This document shows positions 63,826-64,000 of a DNA stretch of 64,000 nt, one piece after another (the stretch's first letter is position 1; each line of letters opens with the position of its first letter). Location of the stretch: NCBI RefSeq assembly GCF_009914755.1, contig NC_060929.1. One strand, given 5' to 3'. The DNA is from the human T2T-CHM13v2.0 reference genome, Homo sapiens. Below the pieces are notes generated by a model, which did no database searches, was not told the DNA's origin, and saw only the letters and a program-made list of their open reading frames with translations. The translations under genes were made by a program, and so were the position numbers.

Positions 63826-64000
63826 GGAAGTTTTCATTTTTTAAAGCATCTCTGGAAAAGTTTCTAGTAAAGCCCTGGCTGTTAGAGCCAGGCCAGCAAC
63901 CTTTGATATGCAAATGCAAGCCATTAGAAACTGGGTCCACCCAAGCATGGAGATTCCCTTGGCCTTCTTACCCTTTTTCGACATGTTTCTGGCAACACGG
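63826..64000 (+). mobile_element. LTR9-family ERV1 LTR (cut by window edge)
   Basis: tttgatatgcaaatgc...gccattagaaactgggtccaccc matches the recalled LTR9 consensus. Confidence 0.65.

Overview
This is primate (very probably human) genomic DNA. The only protein-coding content I can support is the 5' end of ZFR (zinc finger RNA-binding protein) on the minus strand. It comprises a CpG-island promoter (~7.3-8.7 kb), coding exon 1 (8331-8295), a 293-nt intron 1, coding exon 2 (8001-7902) and the start of a long intron 2 that runs off the left edge. The spliced exons give [45 protein letters not shown](S), which I recognise from memory as the ZFR N-terminus. The remaining ~55 kb is upstream intergenic DNA packed with transposons. 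These include about 60 Alu/FLAM/FRAM copies, L1M, L2 and MIR fragments, MER8/MER3/MER5/MER45 DNA transposons, and a full-length THE1 MaLR provirus with a perfect TSD. There is also a heavily nested ERVL provirus relic (LTR, Leu-tRNA PBS remnant, gag and pol fragments) and several solo LTRs. Almost all ORFs in the supplied track are Alu-, L1- or LTR-derived or are GC-rich artefacts. I found no credible new gene or new biological system. The best leads are regulatory (ZFR start-codon architecture, inverted Alus in ZFR's own intron, and CTCF, RFX and SOX-OCT motifs) and unusual retrotransposition products. Repeat subfamily names come from recalled consensus sequences, and repeat boundaries are approximate unless a TSD is quoted.
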